Source: a virus
Direction: 5' to 3' (one strand)
DNA: 64,000 bases
IMG/VR virus record: IMGVR_UViG_3300042503_002645
Location: 1-64,000 of that record
Within the stretch, counting starts at the first letter, position 1; each line of letters opens with the position of its first letter. Positions 37,021 to 45,675 of the stretch are shown one piece after another. The notes beneath the pieces are model-generated. The model did not search any database. It was not told the origin of the DNA and was given only the letters and a program-made list of their open reading frames with translations. The position numbers were made by a program, and so were the translations under genes.

Positions 37021-38949
37021 ATGCAGCCTCTTTCGAAACAGGCCGAGGCCAAGCTGATCGCGGCTATCGAGCGCGCGGCTTCGTACGTGAACGACGGCCT
37101 TGCGCCGAACGACGCCATCATCAAGAGCGCCTCGGAGTCGAGCATTCCGTCAGGACACATCAACCTGATGGTTCACGCCTACAACACCGGGCGTACGACC
37201 AAGCAGCGCGAGCAGGGCAACGACACGCTCGAAAAGGCGGCCGATTTCCCGCTGGCTGACGGCACGACCGTCATGGACGCGCTGTTCCCCAAGGCTGTGA
37301 AGACCTCCGCAGAGATTTCACGCGCTCAAGTGGTTTCCGCTGAATACGCCGTCGACCCAGCTGGCATGCTGGCACGCCGTAAGGCCGCTCAGGCCAAGGA
37401 AGCCGCCGCAAAGATATCTTTGCCCGCGCCGACGTGGGTCCCTCCGCCGCGTGACGAGGAGGCGGCCGCCCGGCGCGCTGCCTCCGAGAAGCGCGCCGCA
37501 GAGTTGGCCCAGGAAGAGCTTCGACGCCAGGCTACGGTCGCCTACGCAAAGGCAGCCGCGGCCATGGAAGAGCTTGGCGATTATTTCCGTCGTCCGGGCA
37601 ACATGAGCTTTCAGGACGCCGTGCGCGAGACCGATCTGCGCTTCGGCGACGAGGGCGTGAGCGTGCTCAACAAGCTCGCGCAGGTCTACCCACACCTCAC
37701 CAAGCAGGCCGCCACAAAGGGGGTCGTTATTGGCGAGTGCCAGCCCTGCAAGCTGGCCGCGGCCGTGCTGACGGCGCTCGAGGCGTACAACGAGGCGCAG
37801 GCCAAGGTGCCGGTGAAGGAGGCTGCGTGTAAGAAAGACACGCCAGTCTTTCTTACAGGTTCCATTCTCTACAACCCCGCCGACGAGCCACTGACGCTGA
37901 AGAGCGCCATGGCCGTAGGTGACCGCTATGGGCTGCTCGACCAGCCGCGTACAGGGCAGGAAGGAGCGCCGCGACTCGGCAACAAAGGGGTCGAGGTCGA
38001 TCCTGCCGCGCATGCGGACTTCGTAGCGCGCCGTCCGGCGCCGGGCCCCAATTTTCGTCTGGTGATGCCAGACCGCAAGCTCGGCAATCCGATCTGGGCA
38101 GCTGACGAAGAGCTGATGGACGAGGCTGCCTTCGACGAGCAGAAGGCGCAGCAGCTGGCGCTTGAGGCAGCGCGGCGTGATGCGCGGCGGTCAACGAGCA
38201 GCAGCCCGCTGGTCAACGCGGTCGACAACATTCTTGGCGGGGCAGACGACGAGGCCGCAGATTTCATTCCCGACGATGAGCCGACCGATGCCGGTGGTGC
38301 CAGCGCCGCTGGCGGTGGCGGAAGTTCGGGTGGTGGCGGGGGTGGTATTCGCGGCAGTGGCGGCGGCGCTCCAGGTGGCCCCAGTGGTCGCGGCAACCGC
38401 GGCCCCCGAGGCGGCGGGGGCGGTCCGCCGCCACCACCTCCGGGCGGTCCTCCGGGTGGTCCTCCGGGAGGCGGCGGCCGACGCCAGGGCGGAAGCGGTT
38501 CCGGCAAAGACACGGAGCCGCAGTCGTCCTTCCCGCTCACGAAAGGCGTGCTCAACGTTGCCAAGCGGCTGGTCCAGGGCGGGCTGGCGATGCAAAAGGA
38601 TCCGCGTGATTTGACCCGCGGCGCTTACAACACGCTGACCGATCCAGAACACGAATCCGAGCTGCGCAACATTCGCGCAAACGGCGTGCTGCATGACCTG
38701 GTGCTTAATGACCCGGTCATCTCCGGACACGACCCGCACGAAGTCGCGTTGGCGTTCAATGATCTTGCGGAGGTTGCGCCCAATTTCGTCGACTCGCCTG
38801 CTACAATGCAGGCTCTGTTGCGAAAGCGCCTCGAGGCTGGCCATCTGGCTGATTTCGACATCAAGCAGCTCATCGACATGGAAAAGACCCGCGCCGATAC
38901 GGAGAAGGCGCGTGTCGATACGATGGCCGCGGAACGCCAGCTTATCTAA
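37021..38949 (+). CDS. Putative head-core protein with Gly/Pro-rich insertion
   Basis: About 10 K-x-A motifs; Gly/Pro low-complexity tract at ~38290-38505. Confidence 0.55.
   Translation: MQPLSKQAEAKLIAAIERAASYVNDGLAPNDAIIKSASESSIPSGHINLMVHAYNTGRTTKQREQGNDTLEKAADFPLADGTTVMDALFPKAVKTSAEISRAQVVSAEYAVDPAGMLARRKAAQAKEAAAKISLPAPTWVPPPRDEEAAARRAASEKRAAELAQEELRRQATVAYAKAAAAMEELGDYFRRPGNMSFQDAVRETDLRFGDEGVSVLNKLAQVYPHLTKQAATKGVVIGECQPCKLAAAVLTALEAYNEAQAKVPVKEAACKKDTPVFLTGSILYNPADEPLTLKSAMAVGDRYGLLDQPRTGQEGAPRLGNKGVEVDPAAHADFVARRPAPGPNFRLVMPDRKLGNPIWAADEELMDEAAFDEQKAQQLALEAARRDARRSTSSSPLVNAVDNILGGADDEAADFIPDDEPTDAGGASAAGGGGSSGGGGGGIRGSGGGAPGGPSGRGNRGPRGGGGGPPPPPPGGPPGGPPGGGGRRQGGSGSGKDTEPQSSFPLTKGVLNVAKRLVQGGLAMQKDPRDLTRGAYNTLTDPEHESELRNIRANGVLHDLVLNDPVISGHDPHEVALAFNDLAEVAPNFVDSPATMQALLRKRLEAGHLADFDIKQLIDMEKTRADTEKARVDTMAAERQLI
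37408..37423. repeat. Perfect 16-bp palindrome GCAAAGATATCTTTGC
   Basis: Read directly; forces AT-rich codons AAG ATA TCT TTG in a GC-rich gene. Confidence 0.8.
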
Positions 38950-38959
38950 GGGTCTAGGC

Positions 38960-39811
38960 ATGGATGCCAACACACTGAACGACCTTGCTAGCTCGTTGGC
39001 CGTGCTCTCGGTGACCGGCGATCGGGCGCCGCTGGAAAAGGCCGCCGCGGATTATCTCAAACAGGCCGACCTGATGCAGCAGCTGCAGGGTTACGGCAAC
39101 CAAGCAGCCGATTACGCCAAGGGGCTGTACGCACAGGCTCAGCCGCACTTGGCTGACCCTTACGTGCGGAATTCGCTCATCGGCCTCGGCGCCGGTGGAC
39201 TTGTCGGCATGATGCAGCCGAAGCGCAAGCTTCGTAGCGCGCTGACTTACGGCCTGGTAGGCGGCCTGGGCGGCCTGGGCCTGGCGCATGCGCTCAACGG
39301 CGGCCAGCTTCCCGCGGGCGGCGGCGGAAACGCTGCTGCGTCCGCCGATCGAGCCGCACGAGTGCAGGCGGCGAATACAGCAATCGTGGCCGAGGGCAAA
39401 AATCCAGGCGCGCGGCAACTTGCCGGGCAGGTCGCAGGCTTCGCGACAGCTGTACCCGCTTATGGTGTGATTCGTGATCGGCTCATTGCCCGAAACGGCA
39501 TGCGCAACCTGTACAACGTGCCGGAGACGGCCAGCCGCGCGACGCGCGAGATTGCGCAGCGCGTCCAGCCGCAGGGCGACAAGTTTGTGTTCACCGCCAA
39601 TGAGCCGTCCGAGCTTAAGCGACTGTCGGCAGCCAAGCTTGAAGCAAACAGGCTGGCAAAACCCACGCTTAGCCAGCGCACGCTCGCGGGCACGGGCGCG
39701 GGCGTTGTCGGTATTCTGTCTTCGCTCGGCATGGGGCGGCTCGGTGAGTGGGCGGCTAACTATTACAATAAGCCGCTGTACGACGCCAAAACTAGGGCGC
39801 AAGCACAATGA
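38960..39811 (+). CDS. Putative internal virion protein with glycine zippers
   Basis: EKAAADYLKQA; no Cys; GLGAGGLVG and GLVGGLGGLGLA. The start ATG sits in a GGC-ATGGAT-GCC hairpin. Confidence 0.55.
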   Translation: MDANTLNDLASSLAVLSVTGDRAPLEKAAADYLKQADLMQQLQGYGNQAADYAKGLYAQAQPHLADPYVRNSLIGLGAGGLVGMMQPKRKLRSALTYGLVGGLGGLGLAHALNGGQLPAGGGGNAAASADRAARVQAANTAIVAEGKNPGARQLAGQVAGFATAVPAYGVIRDRLIARNGMRNLYNVPETASRATREIAQRVQPQGDKFVFTANEPSELKRLSAAKLEANRLAKPTLSQRTLAGTGAGVVGILSSLGMGRLGEWAANYYNKPLYDAKTRAQAQ

Positions 39812-41283
39812 GCATGATCAAGGTCATCCAGCCGAACTCGCAGGACTTTAGCGAACCGGTTGCCGCGCTGGTGAAGCTGTCCAGCCGCGGACTGCTCGGC
39901 GCCGACCGGGTCGCGTTCATCAAGCGCGCGGGCGCCGACTTCGCCGAGAAGCTTAATCAGGTGAAGTTCGCGTCGGACGAGATTCCCGTTCACATGATCG
40001 CAATCGGCGCCACCGAGGATTACGGGCCGAACCGTAATGCCGACGGTTTCACGCGCGCCGCATGCCAGCAGCATCACAACACATTCGAGAAGTTCGCGAA
40101 GTTCTACCGTGATCATCTCAACAAGGATCCGGCCAAGAGTTACGGCGTCGTGAAGGTTGCAGCCTGGAACGAGCCGATGAAGCGCATCGAGCTGATCTGT
40201 GCGCTGAACGGCTCCAAGGAAGCAGCCGCGCGCAACGGAGGCCTGCTCGCCGACCGCGAGATGGAGAAGCTGGCTCGCGGCGAAGACATCGGCGTCTCGA
40301 TGGCCTGCAAGATTCCTTTCGACGTCTGCTCGAGCTGCGGAAACCATGCGCGCACCCGCGCCGAGTACTGCGACTCGGTTGAGAACGGCGGCATGTGCAA
40401 GGCGGGCGGCCTGAAACACAATCTCGGCCGCGTCCTGGAAAACGGCCACATCCTTCACGCTGACAACCCCGATCCCACGTTCTTCGACATCTCGCACGTC
40501 TTTCGCCCTGCCGATCGTATTGCATACATCTTCGGCAAGGTTGCGCACGACCTCGAGAAAGCTGCCAGCGCTGGCGTGCTGAGCGGCTCCGAACTGGCCG
40601 AACAGCTCGGTGTTTCTGCGCCCGCGGGTTTCGATCGCGATCTGCGCGGATCGTTGCTGTTGGCGCGGCAGCTCGACGCGCTCGAGAAGCTGGCTGCAGC
40701 GGAGATCGCTGCAGCCGCGGCCCCGCAGTCCTGGACGCAAGTAGCGTTATCGTCGGCAATCAGTGTGCAGCCGCCCATCAGTCTTGCCGACGCCGACAAC
40801 GTCAAACTAGCCGAGGCGCTGCGCGCGCTGGGCGACGCCGGTGTTGTGTTGCCTGTGCGCGACTTCTTGTCGCTGGTCGGCATCAAGCACGCTAGCGCAG
40901 ACCTCGTGCGCGCTGTGTCAGTCGAACTCGATGGCGTGTTCAGCAAACTTGCAAGCGACCCGGATATCACGCAGGCCCTTGAAAACAACGCGTTTTCTCC
41001 GGCAGGCACCGCGTCCGCCAAAGTTCGAATGTGGGCCGAAAAGGTGGCGCTCACACACAGTGTTCGTCCGCAGGCAGTCGAAAAGCGCGCGTATCAAGCC
41101 GTGCTTCGTGACGCGCGTGCGCCCGAACTTGTGCGCGAGAAGGGTGCAAGTTCGAGAGCGGCCGGGGCCCTTGCGCGGCAGTACGCTCTGTATAAGATTG
41201 CCGCCTGCGCGACCTTGAGTGAAAAAACTGAAGTTTGCTGGTTGACAGCAAACCATTGTGTTCTGCAGAATTACATTACGTGA
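39808..41283 (+). CDS. Prohead (capsid maturation) protease, HK97/herpes-like fold with Zn-ribbon insert
   Basis: N.N.DGF, YRDH (His), GVSMAC (Ser), CSSCG...YC, FFDISHVFRPAD; upstream of scaffold and capsid genes. Confidence 0.8.
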   Translation: MSMIKVIQPNSQDFSEPVAALVKLSSRGLLGADRVAFIKRAGADFAEKLNQVKFASDEIPVHMIAIGATEDYGPNRNADGFTRAACQQHHNTFEKFAKFYRDHLNKDPAKSYGVVKVAAWNEPMKRIELICALNGSKEAAARNGGLLADREMEKLARGEDIGVSMACKIPFDVCSSCGNHARTRAEYCDSVENGGMCKAGGLKHNLGRVLENGHILHADNPDPTFFDISHVFRPADRIAYIFGKVAHDLEKAASAGVLSGSELAEQLGVSAPAGFDRDLRGSLLLARQLDALEKLAAAEIAAAAAPQSWTQVALSSAISVQPPISLADADNVKLAEALRALGDAGVVLPVRDFLSLVGIKHASADLVRAVSVELDGVFSKLASDPDITQALENNAFSPAGTASAKVRMWAEKVALTHSVRPQAVEKRAYQAVLRDARAPELVREKGASSRAAGALARQYALYKIAACATLSEKTEVCWLTANHCVLQNYIT

Positions 41284-41328
41284 ACGGAATCCGCGCGCTA
41301 AAGCGTGTGGGGCCACAAGGAGATGACC

Positions 41329-42669
41329 ATGGCACGGATGCAACGATCGCTTTTTGCGCAGCTCAACGCTTTGGCCGAAGAGATTTCACAGGGCGCTGTG
41401 AAATCTGCCGCCGACAAGAAGGCGGAAGGCCCCACCCCTGCTGATCCCGGTACCTACACTGGCACTTCTTCGCACCCGACCGCCAACGTTGACAACAACG
41501 TGCAAAAGGCGGAGACCGGCGCGCGTGCTTCGGAGTACGAAGCCGACATCAAGAAGCAGCAAGGCGCGCTTGCTGTCGACAACACTCCCGAGATGTCGTA
41601 CGAGGGGCGCCAGGACGAGGTCCAGCAGAACATCGGCACCAACGTCGCCGCCACTGGCGAAGACCCGGCTGCCGAGCGCGACTTCAAGGGCGACAAGGAC
41701 GACCCGGGCACCACGCATCCCGCCAAGACCAACGACGGCGAGAAGTACAGCTCGGTGACGTTCAAGGAAGCCCGCGACCGCGCGGCTGCTCTCGGCAACG
41801 GTATCCTCGCCGAGCTTCTCAACGCCAGCACCAAGCAGGCCGAGATGCCCGCCTTCTTGAAGGACAAGAAGAAGGAAGCTCCGGCCAAGGGTGGGCTCAA
41901 GGGCGACCAGCACAAGCTGGACGTCGATAACGACGGCAAGATCGAGGGCTCCGACCTCAAATCGCTCCGCGCTGGTAAGGAAGCATCCTTCAAGGCTGGG
42001 TATGAGCTCGCTGCGCAGCTCGGTCTGTCGAAGGAAGCCGCCGAGGCGTCTGTCCGCGAGATCTGCGCGAACACGCTCCGCGAGACTGACGAAATGGCCG
42101 ACCTTTTCATCGGTTTTGTCAGCGGCAAGTCAGCAGCGGCTGATCCGGCCGACGAGGCCGAGGAAGGCGAAGACCACTCGGCACCCGGCGATGATGCGTC
42201 CGGCGCGAGCCAGGCGGACGGCGCCGGTGGCGCTCCGGCTGACCTCGCTGGCATGATGGGCGGCGAAAGCGCACCGCCCATGGACGCCGGTGCTGAAGGC
42301 GGCGCGCCTGGCGGCGCATCGGAAGACGAAGCCATGCAAGAACTCGCCATGGCGCTTGAAGAGCTCGGCATTCCGCCCGAAGCGCTTCTCCAGGCTGTGG
42401 CTGGCGGCGCCGGTGGCGCTCCGGCTGATGCTGGCATGGGCGGCATGGGTGGCATGGGTGGCATGGGTGGCGCCCCCGCGGGTCCCGAGATGGCGCCCGA
42501 GATGGCTCCCAAGATGGCCGCGGCAAACGACCTGCGCACGATCGGCACGGCAGTCGTGAATTTCAAGCGCTCCGGCAAGTTCCAGGTCAAGGAAGCTCGC
42601 ACGAAGCGGTCGCGTCAGTTGCGCGACTTCATGAAGCAGCATGTTCTGGAACTCACTCGTTCCCGTTAA
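41329..42669 (+). CDS. Putative capsid scaffolding/core protein
   Basis: Acidic and low complexity, between protease and MCP; many K-x-A motifs; EF-hand-like LDVDNDGKIEGSDL; GGM repeats. Confidence 0.6.
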   Translation: MARMQRSLFAQLNALAEEISQGAVKSAADKKAEGPTPADPGTYTGTSSHPTANVDNNVQKAETGARASEYEADIKKQQGALAVDNTPEMSYEGRQDEVQQNIGTNVAATGEDPAAERDFKGDKDDPGTTHPAKTNDGEKYSSVTFKEARDRAAALGNGILAELLNASTKQAEMPAFLKDKKKEAPAKGGLKGDQHKLDVDNDGKIEGSDLKSLRAGKEASFKAGYELAAQLGLSKEAAEASVREICANTLRETDEMADLFIGFVSGKSAAADPADEAEEGEDHSAPGDDASGASQADGAGGAPADLAGMMGGESAPPMDAGAEGGAPGGASEDEAMQELAMALEELGIPPEALLQAVAGGAGGAPADAGMGGMGGMGGMGGAPAGPEMAPEMAPKMAAANDLRTIGTAVVNFKRSGKFQVKEARTKRSRQLRDFMKQHVLELTRSR

Positions 42670-42690
42670 TTCACACGGAGGTTTGAAATC

Positions 42691-43116
42691 ATGCCCGATA
42701 CCAGCAATTCGCTCGTCAAGAACATGATCGACTACATCGGTTATTCCGATGCAGCGATGACCAAGGCAGCGTCGGTTCTCAAGGAACGGGAAGAGCAAGC
42801 TGAGAAGCTGGCTCACCTAATTCCCGAGGCCGTCAAGGTCTGTCTCGAAAACGAGCGAATCGAGCCGCAGCAAAAGGAGGCCCTTGCGAAGGCCCTCGAA
42901 AACCCGGTGCGCGCGGTGGAACTCGTGATCAAGCTCGCGGCGCATCGCAACGCCGCTGAGATGGCACGCCTGGGTACGCCGGTGGCTTCCAAGTCCGCCA
43001 GCTACGACCCGTCGAACAGCCTGACGAGCGGGTATGTGGGCGCTCGTGACGGCAAGCTCAAGGCCTCGGACGCAGCGTTGTTCCGCGGCCTTGGGCTGAA
43101 TGTGCCCACTACCTGA
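42691..43116 (+). CDS. Helical head-assembly protein
   Basis: ACGGAGG RBS; KAA/KLA/KSA motifs; precedes the decoration and MCP genes. Confidence 0.55.
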   Translation: MPDTSNSLVKNMIDYIGYSDAAMTKAASVLKEREEQAEKLAHLIPEAVKVCLENERIEPQQKEALAKALENPVRAVELVIKLAAHRNAAEMARLGTPVASKSASYDPSNSLTSGYVGARDGKLKASDAALFRGLGLNVPTT

Positions 43117-43145
43117 TTTCACTCGGTCCTGTGATTCCAACGAAA

Positions 43146-43161
43146 AAGACATGGAGGTCTT
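43146..43161 (+). promoter_or_regulatory. ANGGAN-hexaloop hairpin over RBS
   Basis: AAGAC-ATGGAG-GTCTT before ATG 43165. Confidence 0.6.
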
Positions 43162-43164
43162 AAC

Positions 43165-43713
43165 ATGGCAACTGCTCCCAATCTGATCACCGAGAAGGGG
43201 CTCGACGTCAAGAAGGGCTGGTTCCAGATGGCCGCCCTCGACTATGACGCCAAGCTCAGCTCGGCTGTCACTTTCGACGTGCCGCGCGGTCGCGTGGTCC
43301 ACGTCGATTCTTCGGGTGATTTCCGGCCCGGTGCACACAACACCGGCGTGGCGATCTTCTTGCTCAACGGCTCCGCCGAAGCGGACGTCAGCAACCCCGG
43401 CACCACGGCTTCTGGCAACTTCATGCACCGGGCCATCGCCCCGACCGGCAAGATGAGCGGCCTCGTGGCGACTGGCGGTTACGAGATTGCGTCGACCGAG
43501 TTCGACTCGGCGCGCAGCTACACCCCGGGTGATCTTCTCACCGCCGTGGCTTCGAATTCGAACGCCACGACCGGTGGTCGACTCACGAACGAGTCGGTCG
43601 AGCAGTTTGTGACGCCGGTGGTCGGTGTCGTGTCGTCCGGTAAGGCCAAGAACCACAACGGGGTCTACGCGCTGTCCTTCTGGACGGCGTGGCTCCCGGG
43701 CGCGGCCGCCTGA
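43165..43713 (+). CDS. Capsid decoration/cement protein
   Basis: Gly-rich beta protein with Y.PGD.LT....G.LT....VVGVV, directly upstream of the MCP. Confidence 0.65.
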   Translation: MATAPNLITEKGLDVKKGWFQMAALDYDAKLSSAVTFDVPRGRVVHVDSSGDFRPGAHNTGVAIFLLNGSAEADVSNPGTTASGNFMHRAIAPTGKMSGLVATGGYEIASTEFDSARSYTPGDLLTAVASNSNATTGGRLTNESVEQFVTPVVGVVSSGKAKNHNGVYALSFWTAWLPGAAA

Positions 43714-43733
43714 GTCATTTTCTAGTCACACCC

Positions 43734-43749
43734 GGAACATGGAGGTTCC
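43734..43749 (+). promoter_or_regulatory. ANGGAN-hexaloop hairpin over MCP RBS
   Basis: GGAAC-ATGGAG-GTTCC before ATG 43754. Confidence 0.6.
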
Positions 43750-43753
43750 ATAA

Positions 43754-44680
43754 ATGCCCACTCAGCAAGAAATCCAGCTGCTCAACGAGACTCTCTTCGA
43801 GCAGCTCGATACCCCCGGCATGCAGAAGCAGGCCGTTGATGCAGTGAACGACTTCACGCGCACCAAGATGCGTGAAGACGGGTTCTACCGGCGGATCATG
43901 CCGCCGCTCACCATCACCAATGACGAGCTCGACCGCCAGGTCGATACCGACAAGCCGGTGAAGGTGGTCGACAAGGAACCCGATTCTCCGGCGGCCGTGT
44001 CGCTTCCGTTTGCGACGCTCCCGATCAACTTCTACATCCGTGGCCCGCGCTACCGCGTCATGTTTGACCGGATCGTGTCGCCCCGCGCTGTGAAGGACGT
44101 CGACGAGCTCCGCACCTACGTGATCGACATCCGGCAGGTCCTTTCCGACAACATGATCAAGGACATGTTGGCGGAAGAGGACTCCAAGTTCATCGCCGCA
44201 TTCAACGCCGTCCTCCCGACTCCGGGTGTGGCGAACGTTGCGTCGGGCGAAGTTCAGTACGAGGAGATCCACGGCGGCATCACGCGTGAGACGATCGTCG
44301 ACGCGCTGAAGGTCATGCCGCGGACGCCCTCGCACTTCGAGGTCGAGACCTGCCTGGTGAACAACATCACCATCAAGGAGCTGCTGAAGTTCGGCCGCGA
44401 CGAGATGGGCGGTGACTTCTCCCAGGACATCATCAAGAACGGCTGGGCGGAGACCAACTTCCTCAACTGCCGCTGGATTGTCACGATCAAGCGGAACTTG
44501 GTCCCCGACGATTCGATGTTCATGTTCGCGTCGCCGAAGTTCATCGGCAAGAACTACGAGCTCGAACCGACCACGATGTACATCCGTCGTGAGGCGTTCA
44601 TGCTCGAGTACTTCGCGTACAACACGCAGGGTGGCTCGTTCGGTCACACGAACGGTCTCGCCCGCGTCGATTTCAAGTGA
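43754..44680 (+). CDS. Major capsid protein (HK97 fold)
   Basis: 308 aa with strongly biased codon usage; R.K.RE.GF.RRI, backbone helix ending AEEDSKFI; position after protease, scaffold and decoration genes, followed by a strong hairpin. Confidence 0.75.
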   Translation: MPTQQEIQLLNETLFEQLDTPGMQKQAVDAVNDFTRTKMREDGFYRRIMPPLTITNDELDRQVDTDKPVKVVDKEPDSPAAVSLPFATLPINFYIRGPRYRVMFDRIVSPRAVKDVDELRTYVIDIRQVLSDNMIKDMLAEEDSKFIAAFNAVLPTPGVANVASGEVQYEEIHGGITRETIVDALKVMPRTPSHFEVETCLVNNITIKELLKFGRDEMGGDFSQDIIKNGWAETNFLNCRWIVTIKRNLVPDDSMFMFASPKFIGKNYELEPTTMYIRREAFMLEYFAYNTQGGSFGHTNGLARVDFK

Positions 44681-44698
44681 TGATGTGAAACTTGGGAC

Positions 44699-44731
44699 GG
44701 GAGGCGGGCGCGTTGTAAACGCCCGCCTCCC
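44699..44731 (+). terminator. Strong stem-loop after MCP (terminator or mRNA stabiliser)
   Basis: GGGAGGCGGGCG/CGCCCGCCTCCC 12-bp stem; no U-tract. Confidence 0.55.
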
Positions 44732-44754
44732 AACCCATCAAGAGGAGAGCACTC

Positions 44755-45150
44755 ATGGATCAGGTTAAGGTTGCGGCGGATCAGGCTTACGGGACGATCG
44801 TTTCGGAGCTTGCCGCGCCGTATTTCTTCGAGAAGCTCGCTGCCCACGGCATTCAGCCGCGGTCCGAGAAGGAAGCCGCTGACATGTGGGCTGCTGCCAC
44901 GAAGCTCCACGTGCTCTTTGCAGCGGAACAGGAAAAGGTCGCGGCTGCAAGCGCTACGAACATGGCGGCTGTTAACAGCCGTCTGGACGAGATGCTCGCT
45001 GCCGCTGGTTACGGCGAAGCTCCCGGAGCCGAAAAGTCGGCATCCGCGTTCGTCCACGCCGGAAACATCGCTGCCGAACAGCCCGAAATCGCCAAGGCCG
45101 TTCTGACGCTGCAGGCTGCTGCGGCGGCGGCGATGCAGAACGCCGAGTGA
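44755..45150 (+). CDS. Ala-rich head protein
   Basis: GAGGAG RBS; five K-x-A motifs (KVA, KLA, KEA, KVA, KSA). Confidence 0.6.
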   Translation: MDQVKVAADQAYGTIVSELAAPYFFEKLAAHGIQPRSEKEAADMWAAATKLHVLFAAEQEKVAAASATNMAAVNSRLDEMLAAAGYGEAPGAEKSASAFVHAGNIAAEQPEIAKAVLTLQAAAAAAMQNAE

Positions 45151-45168
45151 ACAGAAAGAGAGTGAAAC

Positions 45169-45534
45169 ATGCCATACGCCCCTGTGACCACCGGCCTCTA
45201 TACGACGGTTGAAAACACCTCCGGCTCTGACAAGGTGTTCGGCTTTCTCGGCACGCACGGCAAGCGACTCGAGGCCAATGAGACCTACACGGTCCCTGGC
45301 GACCTCGTTTCGAAGCTCGGCGCGCAGCGGAGCCAGCGAAAGTTCAAGGCGTTGGAGTCGGCGCTGCAGACTGGCGATCTCAAGATCGTCAGCTCGCCCG
45401 CCGTCTACCTCTACGACGCAACGGACGAAGTGACCCGCGAACTCAGCATCGACAACGGCGTGATCGGCACGGTCGACCCCCAGTGGGATCCGACCGGCAC
45501 CGGCACGAGCGACTTCGTCGACAACGACGGCTGA
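45169..45534 (+). CDS. Hypothetical virion protein
   Basis: Native codon usage; lies between the head and neck modules. Confidence 0.6.
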   Translation: MPYAPVTTGLYTTVENTSGSDKVFGFLGTHGKRLEANETYTVPGDLVSKLGAQRSQRKFKALESALQTGDLKIVSSPAVYLYDATDEVTRELSIDNGVIGTVDPQWDPTGTGTSDFVDNDG

Positions 45535-45563
45535 TCGCGCGTTTCAACCATCGGGACGTTCCA

Positions 45564-45599
45564 GAGGAAGGCTGGCTGCGCAAGCGGCCAGCCTTCTTC
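45564..45599 (+). terminator. Stem-loop with GCAA tetraloop
   Basis: GAGGAAGGCTGGCTGC-GCAA-GCGGCCAGCCTTCTTC. Confidence 0.55.
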
Positions 45600-45615
45600 G
45601 CTATGAGGACCGAAA

Positions 45616-45672
45616 ATGCGCACGCTCATCACCCTTGTCGTTTTCCTGTACGCCGCCTTCTACGCGAGGTGA
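45616..45672 (+). CDS. Possible 18-aa hydrophobic micropeptide
   Basis: GAGGA RBS; MRTLITLVVFLYAAFYAR*. Confidence 0.3.
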   Translation: MRTLITLVVFLYAAFYAR

Positions 45673-45675
45673 GTC

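Noticed and set aside
38290-38505. Gly/Pro-rich repetitive DNA (also EPEAPV repeats near 22254-22319)
   Set aside because: In-frame low-complexity protein linkers, not independent DNA repeat elements.
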